From positions 345,154-409,153 of the forward strand of contig JACPES010000003.1 in NCBI GenBank assembly GCA_016183365.1: a stretch of 64,000 nucleotides of DNA, read 5' to 3'. A program made the translations under genes and the position numbers. The stretch comes from Candidatus Collierbacteria bacterium (GTDB lineage: Bacteria > Patescibacteriota > Microgenomatia > UBA1400 > JACPES01). This document shows, piece after piece, positions 34,580-44,494 of the stretch; the first letter of the stretch is position 1; every line of letters begins with the position of its first letter. Below the pieces are notes generated by a model, which worked only from the letters and a program-made list of their open reading frames with translations, was not told the origin of the DNA and searched no databases.

Positions 34580-36281
34580 AAAGTGGCTTCAATTTCTTCG
34601 GTGTCCGATGTGTGAAGGAAATCGGCTTTATTACAACGCGTTCGGAAGGAAGAGCGCAGAAAATGGCGTTGTTTCCTGTTTTGCCTGCGGCAACTGGTTT
34701 TTGGTTGAAGATGATATTTTAGAATTGCTTCCCGAAGTATTAAATTTTAAGAGGAAAAGAGAGTTCTTCTTTGAGCACAAGGCAAAATTTCTGCCGCTAA
34801 ATATTACTAAACCTCCGAGAAAAATTGAAAGTAATAAAGAGATAAGGTACAAAACAGAACAAGGAAAATTCTTTGACACTTTCTTCGAAAAAGAAAGAAA
34901 AAATTATCAGGAAAGTGTTTTTTGGAAAGCAGAATATTCGTTGTCGCTTATGCCGGTTCGCAAAATGATTCGAGACGGTGACATGCTTATTGATGCGGGA
35001 TGCGGAGAAGGGTACTGTAGTTTTTTATTGCATCGGAACGGTGTACAAATTATTGGGTTTGATGTTTCTCGCCACTCTATTGAACGCGCAATTGCAAAGG
35101 CAAAACATAAGGGCATCGAGCGCGAGGTATTTTTTTTCGTCGGTGACGCAGAAAATGTCCCATTGCGATCAAACCTTGCGGATCATTATATTTTATTCGC
35201 ACTGCTTCATCACCTCACGAATCCAAACTTGGCGCTTTCCCATATAAGTCGACTGCTAAAACCAAAAGGTCATTATTTTATTCATGACAACAACGACTCA
35301 AAATTCAGATTTTTATTCGACTGGCTAATGCGGCTATTCCCACTGTGGAAAGAAAAAGCGGCAAAAGAAGCAAAGTTTTCAGCGCACAGAATGCGCGATA
35401 TGCTAAGGCAATCAGGATTGAGCGGATCTGTTGGAACACAAGTTTTCCTCCCGCCACATGTTTTCAATCTATTTCAAGCGGAAATTACTATACACATACT
35501 ATCGATCACTAACAAAATAGGAAGCAAAATTCCATGGTTTAGAAATCAAGGGGGAATTGTCCTTGCTCATGGGAATTTTAAGAACCGATTGTATGATGCA
35601 GAGAAGGATACTCTAGAGAGCATGAGTCAGGCAGCTTGGTATAACCGGTGGACACTGCATAAATTCAGAAAGTTTGTAGTTGGAAATATTCTTGAAGTCG
35701 GCTGTGGAATTGGTACTTTTACAAGAGAACTTATGCAATTTGGCCCTGTGTATGCAATTGATAATAACCAGAATTGTGTAAACATCACTAAGAAGAATAT
35801 TACTGGTAGGATTAAAGTCGAACTTGGGGATATTGAAAAGGGCGGTTCATTATTTGGTGACAAGAAATTTGACACGGTTGTTTGTATTAATGTTCTAGAA
35901 CACATTCGAAATGATAATCAAGCTCTCACGAATATTTTCAGAAAACTGAAGCCAAGAGGATATTTGATCGCTCTTGTTCCGATTCACCAATTCCTTTACG
36001 GAACTATTGACGAAGCCATTGGCCATTATCGTCGATATACTGTGCCTCATTTCAGGACAATGTTGGAAAAGAATCATTTTGAAATCATCTTTTCTCGAAA
36101 GTTAAATTTTTTGGGCGCTATTGGATGGTGGGTTGCCGGCCGTCTTTTACAGAATAGCATTGTTGACAAAAAGTACCTAAGAGTTTTTGACGCCATAGCC
36201 CCTTTTGTATTATCAGTCGAAGATCTTATTGAACCACCAATTGGAACATCACTGTTGGTAGTTGCAAAGAGGAAAGATTAG
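34569..36281 (+). CDS. Trm112-like Zn ribbon plus two tandem class I methyltransferase domains
   Basis: LRCPMC..CFACGNWFLVEDDILELL; IDAGCGEG; ILEVGCGIG..NVLEHI. Confidence 0.85.
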   Translation: MMNKKWLQFLRCPMCEGNRLYYNAFGRKSAENGVVSCFACGNWFLVEDDILELLPEVLNFKRKREFFFEHKAKFLPLNITKPPRKIESNKEIRYKTEQGKFFDTFFEKERKNYQESVFWKAEYSLSLMPVRKMIRDGDMLIDAGCGEGYCSFLLHRNGVQIIGFDVSRHSIERAIAKAKHKGIEREVFFFVGDAENVPLRSNLADHYILFALLHHLTNPNLALSHISRLLKPKGHYFIHDNNDSKFRFLFDWLMRLFPLWKEKAAKEAKFSAHRMRDMLRQSGLSGSVGTQVFLPPHVFNLFQAEITIHILSITNKIGSKIPWFRNQGGIVLAHGNFKNRLYDAEKDTLESMSQAAWYNRWTLHKFRKFVVGNILEVGCGIGTFTRELMQFGPVYAIDNNQNCVNITKKNITGRIKVELGDIEKGGSLFGDKKFDTVVCINVLEHIRNDNQALTNIFRKLKPRGYLIALVPIHQFLYGTIDEAIGHYRRYTVPHFRTMLEKNHFEIIFSRKLNFLGAIGWWVAGRLLQNSIVDKKYLRVFDAIAPFVLSVEDLIEPPIGTSLLVVAKRKD

Positions 36282-37465
36282 CGAAACAGCAGATTTACCT
36301 GTAGGTGCATGACAATTTGATGCCCAACAGAAAGGACTATAGTTCCACCAGCGATTAGGGTCTGTATTAAATGCCTACGGCGCGGCCATAAATTCTTCAC
36401 TAAAGAAAAAACATACACCATGGCAAGAGAAAAGAAGAAAAATGGAAAATAGACATATCGTTCAGCTAATGCGCCTAGCGCACCTTCATGAGTTCTGGCT
36501 AGCGACGCAACAATATATGGAGATACAAAAAATCCACTCAACAGGATTATATTGCCTATTGCTTTCCGTCCTTTTTGTCCTTGTTTAATTACAGATAATC
36601 TTGCTATCCATAGGAAAAAAGCGATGACAACCAAAGGAACCAAGATCATAACAAAAATATTTCCCGAATTGAATCTGTCCGGGATGAAACCAGGCAGAAA
36701 GAATTTTGTGATCACGCCTTGAGTCGGTCCCACCGCGATAAAGTATGCCATGTTGAAGAGTTTATATGGAGAAATATTGACGATTTGATCACCATGCAAC
36801 GCTTCAGATGCCGCTAAGAGAGTTAAACCAGTTACAGCAACTCCCGTGAGTATCGAAAATACGGCCACCGTTCTACGCATTTGACTTTGCTTCCAAAAGA
36901 AAAAAGTCATAATGGCAAAAATAAAACCATTAAAGTTGGCAAACCCAAAAGAAGTTGCCGCGGCAATATTAGAAAGGACGAAGAACAGCAAGCGTTTTTT
37001 ATCGTATTTCGCCATCAGCTGAAACCAAAGTATGACGCTTACGAGTGAGAATGTGGTCGAAAAAACGCTTGACTGAAAGCTTGGCCAGAAGATAATCGTG
37101 AAATAGGATTTGTTAAAGCTGACTAAAACGGATCCAATAAAGGCTAACAATTGATTGCGAGTTAGGCGGGTGATGATTTTATAGACCAAGACTATATTCG
37201 TCAGGTGCAGCAGAACAGTCACACCGACGAACAGCGAAGAATTTATCCCAAATAACTGAATCTCTAGCCAATACAGAAATTGAAAGGTCGGAAAGAATTG
37301 ATATTGCAATGGGGTAAAGATGGCCTCGATGCTAAATCGATGCAATCTAACGAGAAGTTCGATATCGTCCCATAAAAAATACAGGCGATTCCACCAAGGA
37401 GTCAAATATGACAGAGCTACGAAGCCTATCCAAGCAATCATAATGAACTGATAATTTGTTTTCAT
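36278..37465 (-). CDS. Multi-pass membrane protein, GT-C-like
   Basis: LWDD, LFGIN..LLHLTN, LAERYVYFP. Confidence 0.65.
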   Translation of the reverse strand: MKTNYQFIMIAWIGFVALSYLTPWWNRLYFLWDDIELLVRLHRFSIEAIFTPLQYQFFPTFQFLYWLEIQLFGINSSLFVGVTVLLHLTNIVLVYKIITRLTRNQLLAFIGSVLVSFNKSYFTIIFWPSFQSSVFSTTFSLVSVILWFQLMAKYDKKRLLFFVLSNIAAATSFGFANFNGFIFAIMTFFFWKQSQMRRTVAVFSILTGVAVTGLTLLAASEALHGDQIVNISPYKLFNMAYFIAVGPTQGVITKFFLPGFIPDRFNSGNIFVMILVPLVVIAFFLWIARLSVIKQGQKGRKAIGNIILLSGFFVSPYIVASLARTHEGALGALAERYVYFPFFFFSLAMVYVFSLVKNLWPRRRHLIQTLIAGGTIVLSVGHQIVMHLQVNLLFR

Positions 37466-37725
37466 TTAGAATCAGAATCTTCAAGGATGTTGAATCCTGA
37501 TAAGTAGATCCTGGGCCAATCCCGGCGCATGCGTTCCAGGCCGTTTTTACGGTTGCAAATGCCGCTTGTCGGACAATAATAGCGAATATATTGGTCTAAT
37601 ACTTGGCTTGCCCATTCTTTATCCGAAATGCCCTGGGTGGAACTGACTGCTCGATGTATCATCGGGATAAGATAGAACAGAATTATCACCAGAACGATTA
37701 ATTTTAAGTCCTTCGTGTAAGTCAT
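37462..37725 (-). CDS. Small membrane-anchored hypothetical protein (87 aa)
   Basis: ATGA overlaps on both sides; N-terminal hydrophobic helix; two Cys. Confidence 0.55.
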   Translation of the reverse strand: MTYTKDLKLIVLVIILFYLIPMIHRAVSSTQGISDKEWASQVLDQYIRYYCPTSGICNRKNGLERMRRDWPRIYLSGFNILEDSDSK

Positions 37726-39647
37726 TGTGGTCGGCGTTGATAAACGATGTACGAAGAATTTTGGAAAACTGTCTCCCAACAGGGTTTAATAGAGGGAGAA
37801 AGATTGCGTTTAGTATAGGCACCAAGGAGGAGATAATCAAGACGGTGCGGCAATGAGCAGCCATCGGTCAGCTGCTGAGTTTGATAGCGGTTTTGGATCC
37901 GGTCAATTTCTGCGGAAGGGATGATAAAACGGCGTTCTTGGTCGCGGTGATAACGAAAGCCATAACTGTACCAAGCTAACCACTTTGGGATATTTAGGCC
38001 TGAAGAAACCACGGTTTCGGCCAACTCGTCTGCTTGAGGAAGGATAATTTGTTCCCCGGGAATACCGAAAACGGCATTTAGAATCAGAAACCTGTCTTCC
38101 AGGTTCTCGATAGTGGCAGTGGTTAGCCAGAGTCGGGGGTAGAATAGATACCTGCCTGTTTGGGCTTGAAGCCATAATGTCTCTTCCAATTCTAAAGTGC
38201 CAAAGACTGATTGGGAGGGAGTTTTTTTTATGATCCAATTTACTAAGTTTTGTTGATCAGGCTGGAGTTGGAATTTTGGACCTAGTTGGTAACTGGCTTG
38301 GTAGTGGATCCAAAACGGATGAAGGACACTAATGACTAAGGTGATCCCCAGGAAAAGAGAGCTAAAGATGACAGGTAACTTTTTAGGAATGTAAAGGAAG
38401 AAGCAGACGATTCCCAGAAATACAATAATTGAGGCAATTATCATGTTTGTTCGCCAGGGGAGCAGGATTAGCGTTAAGGCTAAGATGAGATGTCGATGGC
38501 GATAGAAACGGCCATCTTTCTGCCGATAAATCAGATCAGCCAAGGAGATGAAGAAAAGGCTACTGGCTAAGAAAGGGAAAACTCGGAGGATAAAACGGTC
38601 GTTGGCCATTGATAGTGCCGATGAAGCAATGGGCGCGAGAAAAAGAAGAAGTGAGGCCCAAAGAAGGCTGGTCAGAAATGCCGTCGAGATTGATCGTTTT
38701 CGGGGATAAAAACTAAAAAGGAGAAGGAAAATAAAATAGCGGCCAGATTGAGCTAGTTGAAACGATGGGGTGACTGTTTCGGCATACTTATTAGCTAAGT
38801 CGAGAGCGATGCCATTTTTCCAGGTGAGGTAAGTGACGACAATATACGGAGTCCAGCAAAGTACAATCGCTGGCCAGGGTTTTAATACCTGGAGTAGCAG
38901 GGGTACATTTTTTTTTATTAAGAGGAAAGCAATAAAGATACCCATGCCAGAAATAGTAGTAAGGAAAGTGACTGGGTAGGTATAGGGTAGGATGGCGCCT
39001 GAAAAGATTGACAGGACAAGGAAACGGCGGCGATTGCCTTTTAGATAAAGGGAGAAACTAACTAGAAATAAAAGCCAGATTGGGAGGGATGTTCCCGGGT
39101 GAAACTGTCTGGTTAAGACGAGAAATGATTGCCAGTTTTCGAAAAACAAGAGTTTCTCAATAATTTTTTGGGGAAAGAATAACCATTTCGTCAGGGGATC
39201 GGCAAAGAGAGTAATGCCGGCGCCGGCGAGAGAGAGAAGAAACCGGTTGGTTTCGCTGAAGAGAAGGATAAAGACGAGGAGAAAAGTGATCGGCGGGAAG
39301 ATAGCGTTGCCAAACATAAAGGCATTCTCTAAACTACCGCTTAATCGAGTAAGGCCGGCAAGCAATGATGCCGGAACAGCCTCGGAAATATAAGGTGATA
39401 ATTGTTGATATTCTTGAATGCCAAGATCGCCAAGTATTCGTCCATTAAGAATGGCTAAAGTTTTGGGAGCGTAGATGTTAGTTTGATCAACAGCTTGCAT
39501 AGTCCCGTCTGTCGCTGGCAGCAGGGGATGGTATATTTGGCCTTTTGGCAGTAATCGAGGGATTAGTAAATGAGGTAGAAAAAAGCCGAGAGAAAAAAGC
39601 CCGGCGATAGATACCAGAATTATTATTCGAAATTTAGAAAGCTCCAT
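37722..39647 (-). CDS. Multi-pass membrane protein, paralog of 32816-34579
   Basis: 641 aa; shares motifs with 32816. Confidence 0.65.
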   Translation of the reverse strand: MELSKFRIIILVSIAGLFSLGFFLPHLLIPRLLPKGQIYHPLLPATDGTMQAVDQTNIYAPKTLAILNGRILGDLGIQEYQQLSPYISEAVPASLLAGLTRLSGSLENAFMFGNAIFPPITFLLVFILLFSETNRFLLSLAGAGITLFADPLTKWLFFPQKIIEKLLFFENWQSFLVLTRQFHPGTSLPIWLLFLVSFSLYLKGNRRRFLVLSIFSGAILPYTYPVTFLTTISGMGIFIAFLLIKKNVPLLLQVLKPWPAIVLCWTPYIVVTYLTWKNGIALDLANKYAETVTPSFQLAQSGRYFIFLLLFSFYPRKRSISTAFLTSLLWASLLLFLAPIASSALSMANDRFILRVFPFLASSLFFISLADLIYRQKDGRFYRHRHLILALTLILLPWRTNMIIASIIVFLGIVCFFLYIPKKLPVIFSSLFLGITLVISVLHPFWIHYQASYQLGPKFQLQPDQQNLVNWIIKKTPSQSVFGTLELEETLWLQAQTGRYLFYPRLWLTTATIENLEDRFLILNAVFGIPGEQIILPQADELAETVVSSGLNIPKWLAWYSYGFRYHRDQERRFIIPSAEIDRIQNRYQTQQLTDGCSLPHRLDYLLLGAYTKRNLSPSIKPCWETVFQNSSYIVYQRRPQ

Positions 39648-39656
39648 TATGCTGAC

Positions 39657-39671
39657 ATTATAAGCTATGAT
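39657..39671. promoter_or_regulatory. Back-to-back divergent -10 boxes
   Basis: TATAAT on - strand (39657-39662) and TATGAT on + strand (39666-39671), each 9 nt from its ATG. Confidence 0.5.
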
Positions 39672-39680
39672 ATTAACACC

Positions 39681-41291
39681 ATGAAAAAGTCGGTGGTGTT
39701 TTTGGCAATTCTTTTGGGAGGTATTTTTTTAACGATATTGCCGCTGCGAGAACAGGCTTTTCGCGACGATTTTGCTTATGTTTGGAGTGTCAAAAATTTG
39801 ACGGAGACCGGACGGCTAAAAATATCAGAATGGAGTTCGGCAGCTGACATCACCCAAACTTATTGGGGAACAGGATGGAGCAGAGTGTTCGGTTTTTCGT
39901 TTCGGACTTTGCATGCGGCTAACTTTTTCATGTTGGCGGTGGGTATCTTAGCGTATTTCGGACTGCTGAAAGAAGTTGGTTTGACTAATCGGCGGGCAGT
40001 GATATTCGTCTTGCTTCTTTTGGCAAATCCTTGGATATTGAACTTCACAATGAGCTATATGACTGATATTCAGGCGATGAGCTGGGCAATTGTGGCGTTG
40101 CTTTTTTTCGTTCAAGGTTTTAAGAAGGCAAGCATTAAGAGCATGGTGGCTGGCGGATTTGCCGCCGGCCTGTCTTTTCTGACGCGGCAGATTGCCATTT
40201 CGATACTCATTGGTTTAATCGTCGCGCTCATAGTTAGTCACTTGAAGAAGCAGAAAAAGTTAATTTTTCCTCTAATATTTGGAGCTTCCGTGTTTGGGGG
40301 CATAGTGATTCTGTACTTGCTTTGGCTTCAGACCGGAGACCATAAAACAGTAGGCCAGTATTTTTTTGTTGACAAGATGAGTTTCGGAGGAATCTATGCA
40401 AAATTGTTTCCCGGATCACAGACGAGCATTTCCGAATCATTCCAAATTTGGCAGCTATTGTTCCATCGATTTATGTTTTACTTGAGTCAAATAATCGTGT
40501 TTACGCTTCCCGTTTGGACATTTTTCAATGTGAGAAAAGTTGATGTACTAGCCATTCTGGAAAGATGGAGGGTGACTATCGTTTCTGCCTTGATTCTCGG
40601 CGGAAGTTATGTCATCGATGTCCAGCTGAATCGTAAGGGTTATTCCGGGGGTTATCCGCTGGCGGCGTTTGAAATTGTCCCAATATGGCCATGGTTTTGG
40701 CCGCATCTCTGGAAATTTTTCCTATTTGGAGGTATCATCCTTTGGATTTTTCTGCCTGCAATTGTATCTGTTTTCAAACGAAGCATGCCAAAATTTCCGC
40801 TGGCGCTGTTCTTGGTACCAACAACACTTGCATATATCTGGTTTACGATCACGAATGTTTGGCACTGGCCGCAATTTTCCATCCAACTTTATCCATTTGT
40901 TCTTTTATTCTTTGCTTGGTGGATGAAGAATAAAATGGTCAGTTTTCGCCGATCTTTCATTATTATGACAATTCTTCTTGCTTATAGCGTCTGGTTGACT
41001 AAATTCCGATATTATGTGACAGGTGAATTGTGGGCAGCTTGCGAGCAATTAGTCCGCGAAGGATATCGTCCGTCAGAGATAGAGTGTAATGGGCAATACT
41101 CACACAAAGCCTGGCATGAATTTGAAAAAGGTATTGCGAAAAGAATAGAGCGAGCCGGAACGAAAAATTTTGCGAATGACAAAGGAGATGTTTGGTTTGA
41201 TGAAGCACAGAGACGAAAGATTAGGGTGAAAGTGACTTATAGCGATTCATTTTGGCGGAGGGTCCCCAAGATTGTGATTGAGAAGCTATGA
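39681..41291 (+). CDS. GT-C (GT39-like) membrane glycosyltransferase
   Basis: FRDDFAY, FGFSFRTL, ANPW..SYMTD, LTRQ. Confidence 0.8.
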   Translation: MKKSVVFLAILLGGIFLTILPLREQAFRDDFAYVWSVKNLTETGRLKISEWSSAADITQTYWGTGWSRVFGFSFRTLHAANFFMLAVGILAYFGLLKEVGLTNRRAVIFVLLLLANPWILNFTMSYMTDIQAMSWAIVALLFFVQGFKKASIKSMVAGGFAAGLSFLTRQIAISILIGLIVALIVSHLKKQKKLIFPLIFGASVFGGIVILYLLWLQTGDHKTVGQYFFVDKMSFGGIYAKLFPGSQTSISESFQIWQLLFHRFMFYLSQIIVFTLPVWTFFNVRKVDVLAILERWRVTIVSALILGGSYVIDVQLNRKGYSGGYPLAAFEIVPIWPWFWPHLWKFFLFGGIILWIFLPAIVSVFKRSMPKFPLALFLVPTTLAYIWFTITNVWHWPQFSIQLYPFVLLFFAWWMKNKMVSFRRSFIIMTILLAYSVWLTKFRYYVTGELWAACEQLVREGYRPSEIECNGQYSHKAWHEFEKGIAKRIERAGTKNFANDKGDVWFDEAQRRKIRVKVTYSDSFWRRVPKIVIEKL

Positions 41292-42832
41292 GATTTGACG
41301 ATATGACGAAGATCGCCATTACTTTGTTGTTACTTCTTCTTGGATGGAGTCTTTTGATCCCGATTTTTGAAGGGCCGGACGAATCCGGGCATTATTGCCA
41401 TGCCGAATACATCGCCAGAAACAGGCGGTTGCCTAATTTTAATGTCCGCGACGGATGTTTTTTGGCCTATCCTCCGGCATATTACGCATTGGTTGCGCCG
41501 ATCATTGCGTTTCGGCCGGCGGCAAAGTTTGATGATGACCAGATTCAGACGAATCCGGCATATATTTCCAATCGGAAGGGGAAGGATGTCTTTTCCAAAT
41601 ATATTCATCCGCGGCCGGAGTTGGTTTTTAAATGGAATCCTTTACTGCAAACGGCGCATCTGGTCAGATTGCTGTCGGTGGCGATGGGACTGGGAATAAT
41701 ACTTTTGACAATTAAATCGGCAAAACTATTACCTAAATTTAGTTGGCTGCCTTATGCCAGCGTTCTATTGTTTTTCAATCCGATGTTTTTGCATACGTTT
41801 TCGCTGGTAACCAACGTGACCTTGGCGTCGTTTTTGGCGGCGGTGTTTATTTATCTACACCTTAAACAAGAAAAAGATGGATTCTCAAGCAGGTTAGCCT
41901 TAGCGCAGGGCATATTTTTAGGACTAGGAGTACTCACCAAGATAAATATGCTTAGCTTGGTGTTGGGATATTTGACGGTGCTGGCAACAGCCGGATGGGA
42001 AAGATCTAAAAAAATTCGCAATTTAATATTTGCGGGAACGGGGTTTTTGTTGAGCGCGGGTTGGTATATCTGGCGGACCTTTCGATTATATGGCGAGCCA
42101 TTCGAAATAAACATCGCCTCATCATTGCGGGGAGCGTCGATGACAAGAATGCAGGATATGGGTTTAATAAATTACTGGAGCAGTTTCCCGGATACTTTGT
42201 TTCGGACTTTTTGGTCCGGGTACGGATTAAATAAAGTTTGGTTGCCGGATATAATAGTCGTCGGATTATTGATATTGACACTTTTAACGCTATTGGGATT
42301 TTTCTCTTTTTATCGGAGACTTCCGCGTTTACTGAAAGTTTCATGGTACTACGTTGTCGCGGTGTTGTTGGGTCATGCGGTTATTAACATAAAAACCGAA
42401 GCTTTCAATGCCAAAGATATTTTTACCGCCTATTTGCCCCTGACACTGATTTTAAGTTTTGGAGCAAGAAATTTCATCGCCGAGGCCAGGAAGAACGGAT
42501 TCTTAACCAGAAAAAGATTACTTATTATTTTTGGATTATCTGTAATATTCTATGCCAAGTTTGAAATTGTCCGGTTGATTAAAACAACTTTCCAATTAAC
42601 TGAATTGCTTTCTAACTCTTTTACATCAGAACAGGTGGATGCAGTATCAGTTTTATTGAGACTTCTGTTGAAAGCAATAGCGATATTGATAATTATTTTT
42701 TCACTGAAATTCATAATCAAGACAATAAATCTTAATCTAAAAACTTACAAGATCACCATCGCTTTATTGGCATTATTCAATCTTCTGATACTTTTTTATT
42801 CATCGTTCAAGCTTTACTTTGCTTTCCTTTGA
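41288..42832 (+). CDS. GT-C-like membrane protein (DUF2142/GT39-like)
   Basis: PIFEGPDESGH, YPPAYY, VRLLSV, LTKIN, TFWSGYG. Confidence 0.75.
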   Translation: MRFDDMTKIAITLLLLLLGWSLLIPIFEGPDESGHYCHAEYIARNRRLPNFNVRDGCFLAYPPAYYALVAPIIAFRPAAKFDDDQIQTNPAYISNRKGKDVFSKYIHPRPELVFKWNPLLQTAHLVRLLSVAMGLGIILLTIKSAKLLPKFSWLPYASVLLFFNPMFLHTFSLVTNVTLASFLAAVFIYLHLKQEKDGFSSRLALAQGIFLGLGVLTKINMLSLVLGYLTVLATAGWERSKKIRNLIFAGTGFLLSAGWYIWRTFRLYGEPFEINIASSLRGASMTRMQDMGLINYWSSFPDTLFRTFWSGYGLNKVWLPDIIVVGLLILTLLTLLGFFSFYRRLPRLLKVSWYYVVAVLLGHAVINIKTEAFNAKDIFTAYLPLTLILSFGARNFIAEARKNGFLTRKRLLIIFGLSVIFYAKFEIVRLIKTTFQLTELLSNSFTSEQVDAVSVLLRLLLKAIAILIIIFSLKFIIKTINLNLKTYKITIALLALFNLLILFYSSFKLYFAFL

Positions 42833-42883
42833 GTGATGAAACGGGAATATCAAATAAGATCTAGTGTTTAGTATAATTCAAGC

Positions 42884-44494
42884 GTGAAGGCGATATCCTA
42901 CGGACGCCAGAGTATTGACAGAAAAGACATTGAATCAATTGTCGAAGTTCTCCGCAGTGATTTTTTGACTCAAGGGCCGATGGTGGAAAAATTTGAGCAA
43001 AGCGTGGCTCGTTTTTGTGGAGCCAAATACGCGGTGGCGGTCAATTCCGGCACCGCGGCGTTGCACGCGGCTATGTTTGCTATCGGTTTGAAACCCGGGG
43101 ATGAAGTAATTACCACGCCGCTGTCGTTTGCGGCTACTGCCAATTGCATTTTATATTTTGGAGCTACTCCGGTATTAGCTGATGTAGAGTATGAAACTGG
43201 ATTGCTTGATCCGGTTGAAGTGGAAAAGAAAATTACTAAGAAAACAAAAGCGATTATTACGGTTGATTATTCCGGTCATCCTTCATATTATCAAGAGTTA
43301 AAAGCTATTGCCAAAAGACATCATCTTATATTGGTATCCGACGCCGCTCATTCATTTGGCGCGCAATATCAGGGTGAATCGATTGGCGCTCAAGCGGATA
43401 TCACCACATTTTCATTTCATCCGGTCAAGATTATCACGACGGGAGAAGGCGGGATGGTAGTCACCAACAATAGAACATTCTACGAGCGGGCATTTTTGTT
43501 TCGGACTCATGGAATTACAAAAGATCCTAACAAATTTATATTTAAAGAACATCAGCAAAAACCTTGGTACTATGAAATGCAGGAACTCGGATTTAATTAT
43601 CGGCTTACTGACTTCCAGTGCGCGCTGGGAATATCTCAACTGGCACGGGTACATAAATTTATTGACAAGAGACGTTCGATCGCGGCGTTTTATACTAAAG
43701 CTTTTAATGGTGATCGTCGATTTAAAGTTTTTAGAGAGCAGCCAGACTGTCAAAGCAGTTGGCATTTTTACCCGTTGCGGATCGTTGGTTCTAAATTGAA
43801 TAAAATAGATTTATTTCATTTCTTACGGAAAAATGGAATTTACCCCCAAGTCCATTACATTCCGATTCACCTCCAGCCGTACTACCGGAAAAGATTTGGA
43901 TATAAACATGAGAGTTTTCCCAAAGCAGAACAGTTTTATCAAGAAGAGATCAGTCTTCCCATCTTCTATGATTTAACAAAGATTCAAATGGAAAAAGTGG
44001 TTCGGACACTATCGCGATTCTTTTTAAATAAACCTTCAAAGAATGAAATTCAAGTTCGCCGTGTTCGAGCCCCAGACCGAGAGGCAATTCTTGGATTAAG
44101 AAATGACGATAGCGTCCGGGTGAATTTTCGCAATATCGAGAAGGTGAGTTTGTCGAAGCATATCAGTTGGTTCAAACAGCAAATGAGTTCTGGTGAAATG
44201 AGAAAACGTTTCTTAGTCGCGGTTGAGAGTGGTCAGGTGATCGGATACATCAGGTATGATCTTATAGTTAAAGATCAATCCTTCCATGTTTCTATCGCTG
44301 TTCAAAGGAAATATCGCCATCAAGGGGTTGGTAGCAAACTTCTCAAGGCGTCGTTACCGCTCATTGTCCGTAAAGGAAAACCAATCATCGCAGAAGTGAA
44401 AAAAAGCAACATTCCATCAGCGCAATTTTTCACCGAACACGGTTTTGTCCCATATAAACAGATAGCCGATTATCTATCATTAATTTATCAATGA
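42884..44494 (+). CDS. pseC: PseC-type sugar aminotransferase fused to a C-terminal GNAT (PseH-like)
   Basis: YGRQSID, FLTQGP, FSFHPVKIITTGEGG, WYYEMQELGFNYRLTD; C-terminal RNDDSVR..HISWF..GVGSKLL; TATAAT 6 nt before GTG. Confidence 0.88.
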   Translation: MKAISYGRQSIDRKDIESIVEVLRSDFLTQGPMVEKFEQSVARFCGAKYAVAVNSGTAALHAAMFAIGLKPGDEVITTPLSFAATANCILYFGATPVLADVEYETGLLDPVEVEKKITKKTKAIITVDYSGHPSYYQELKAIAKRHHLILVSDAAHSFGAQYQGESIGAQADITTFSFHPVKIITTGEGGMVVTNNRTFYERAFLFRTHGITKDPNKFIFKEHQQKPWYYEMQELGFNYRLTDFQCALGISQLARVHKFIDKRRSIAAFYTKAFNGDRRFKVFREQPDCQSSWHFYPLRIVGSKLNKIDLFHFLRKNGIYPQVHYIPIHLQPYYRKRFGYKHESFPKAEQFYQEEISLPIFYDLTKIQMEKVVRTLSRFFLNKPSKNEIQVRRVRAPDREAILGLRNDDSVRVNFRNIEKVSLSKHISWFKQQMSSGEMRKRFLVAVESGQVIGYIRYDLIVKDQSFHVSIAVQRKYRHQGVGSKLLKASLPLIVRKGKPIIAEVKKSNIPSAQFFTEHGFVPYKQIADYLSLIYQ

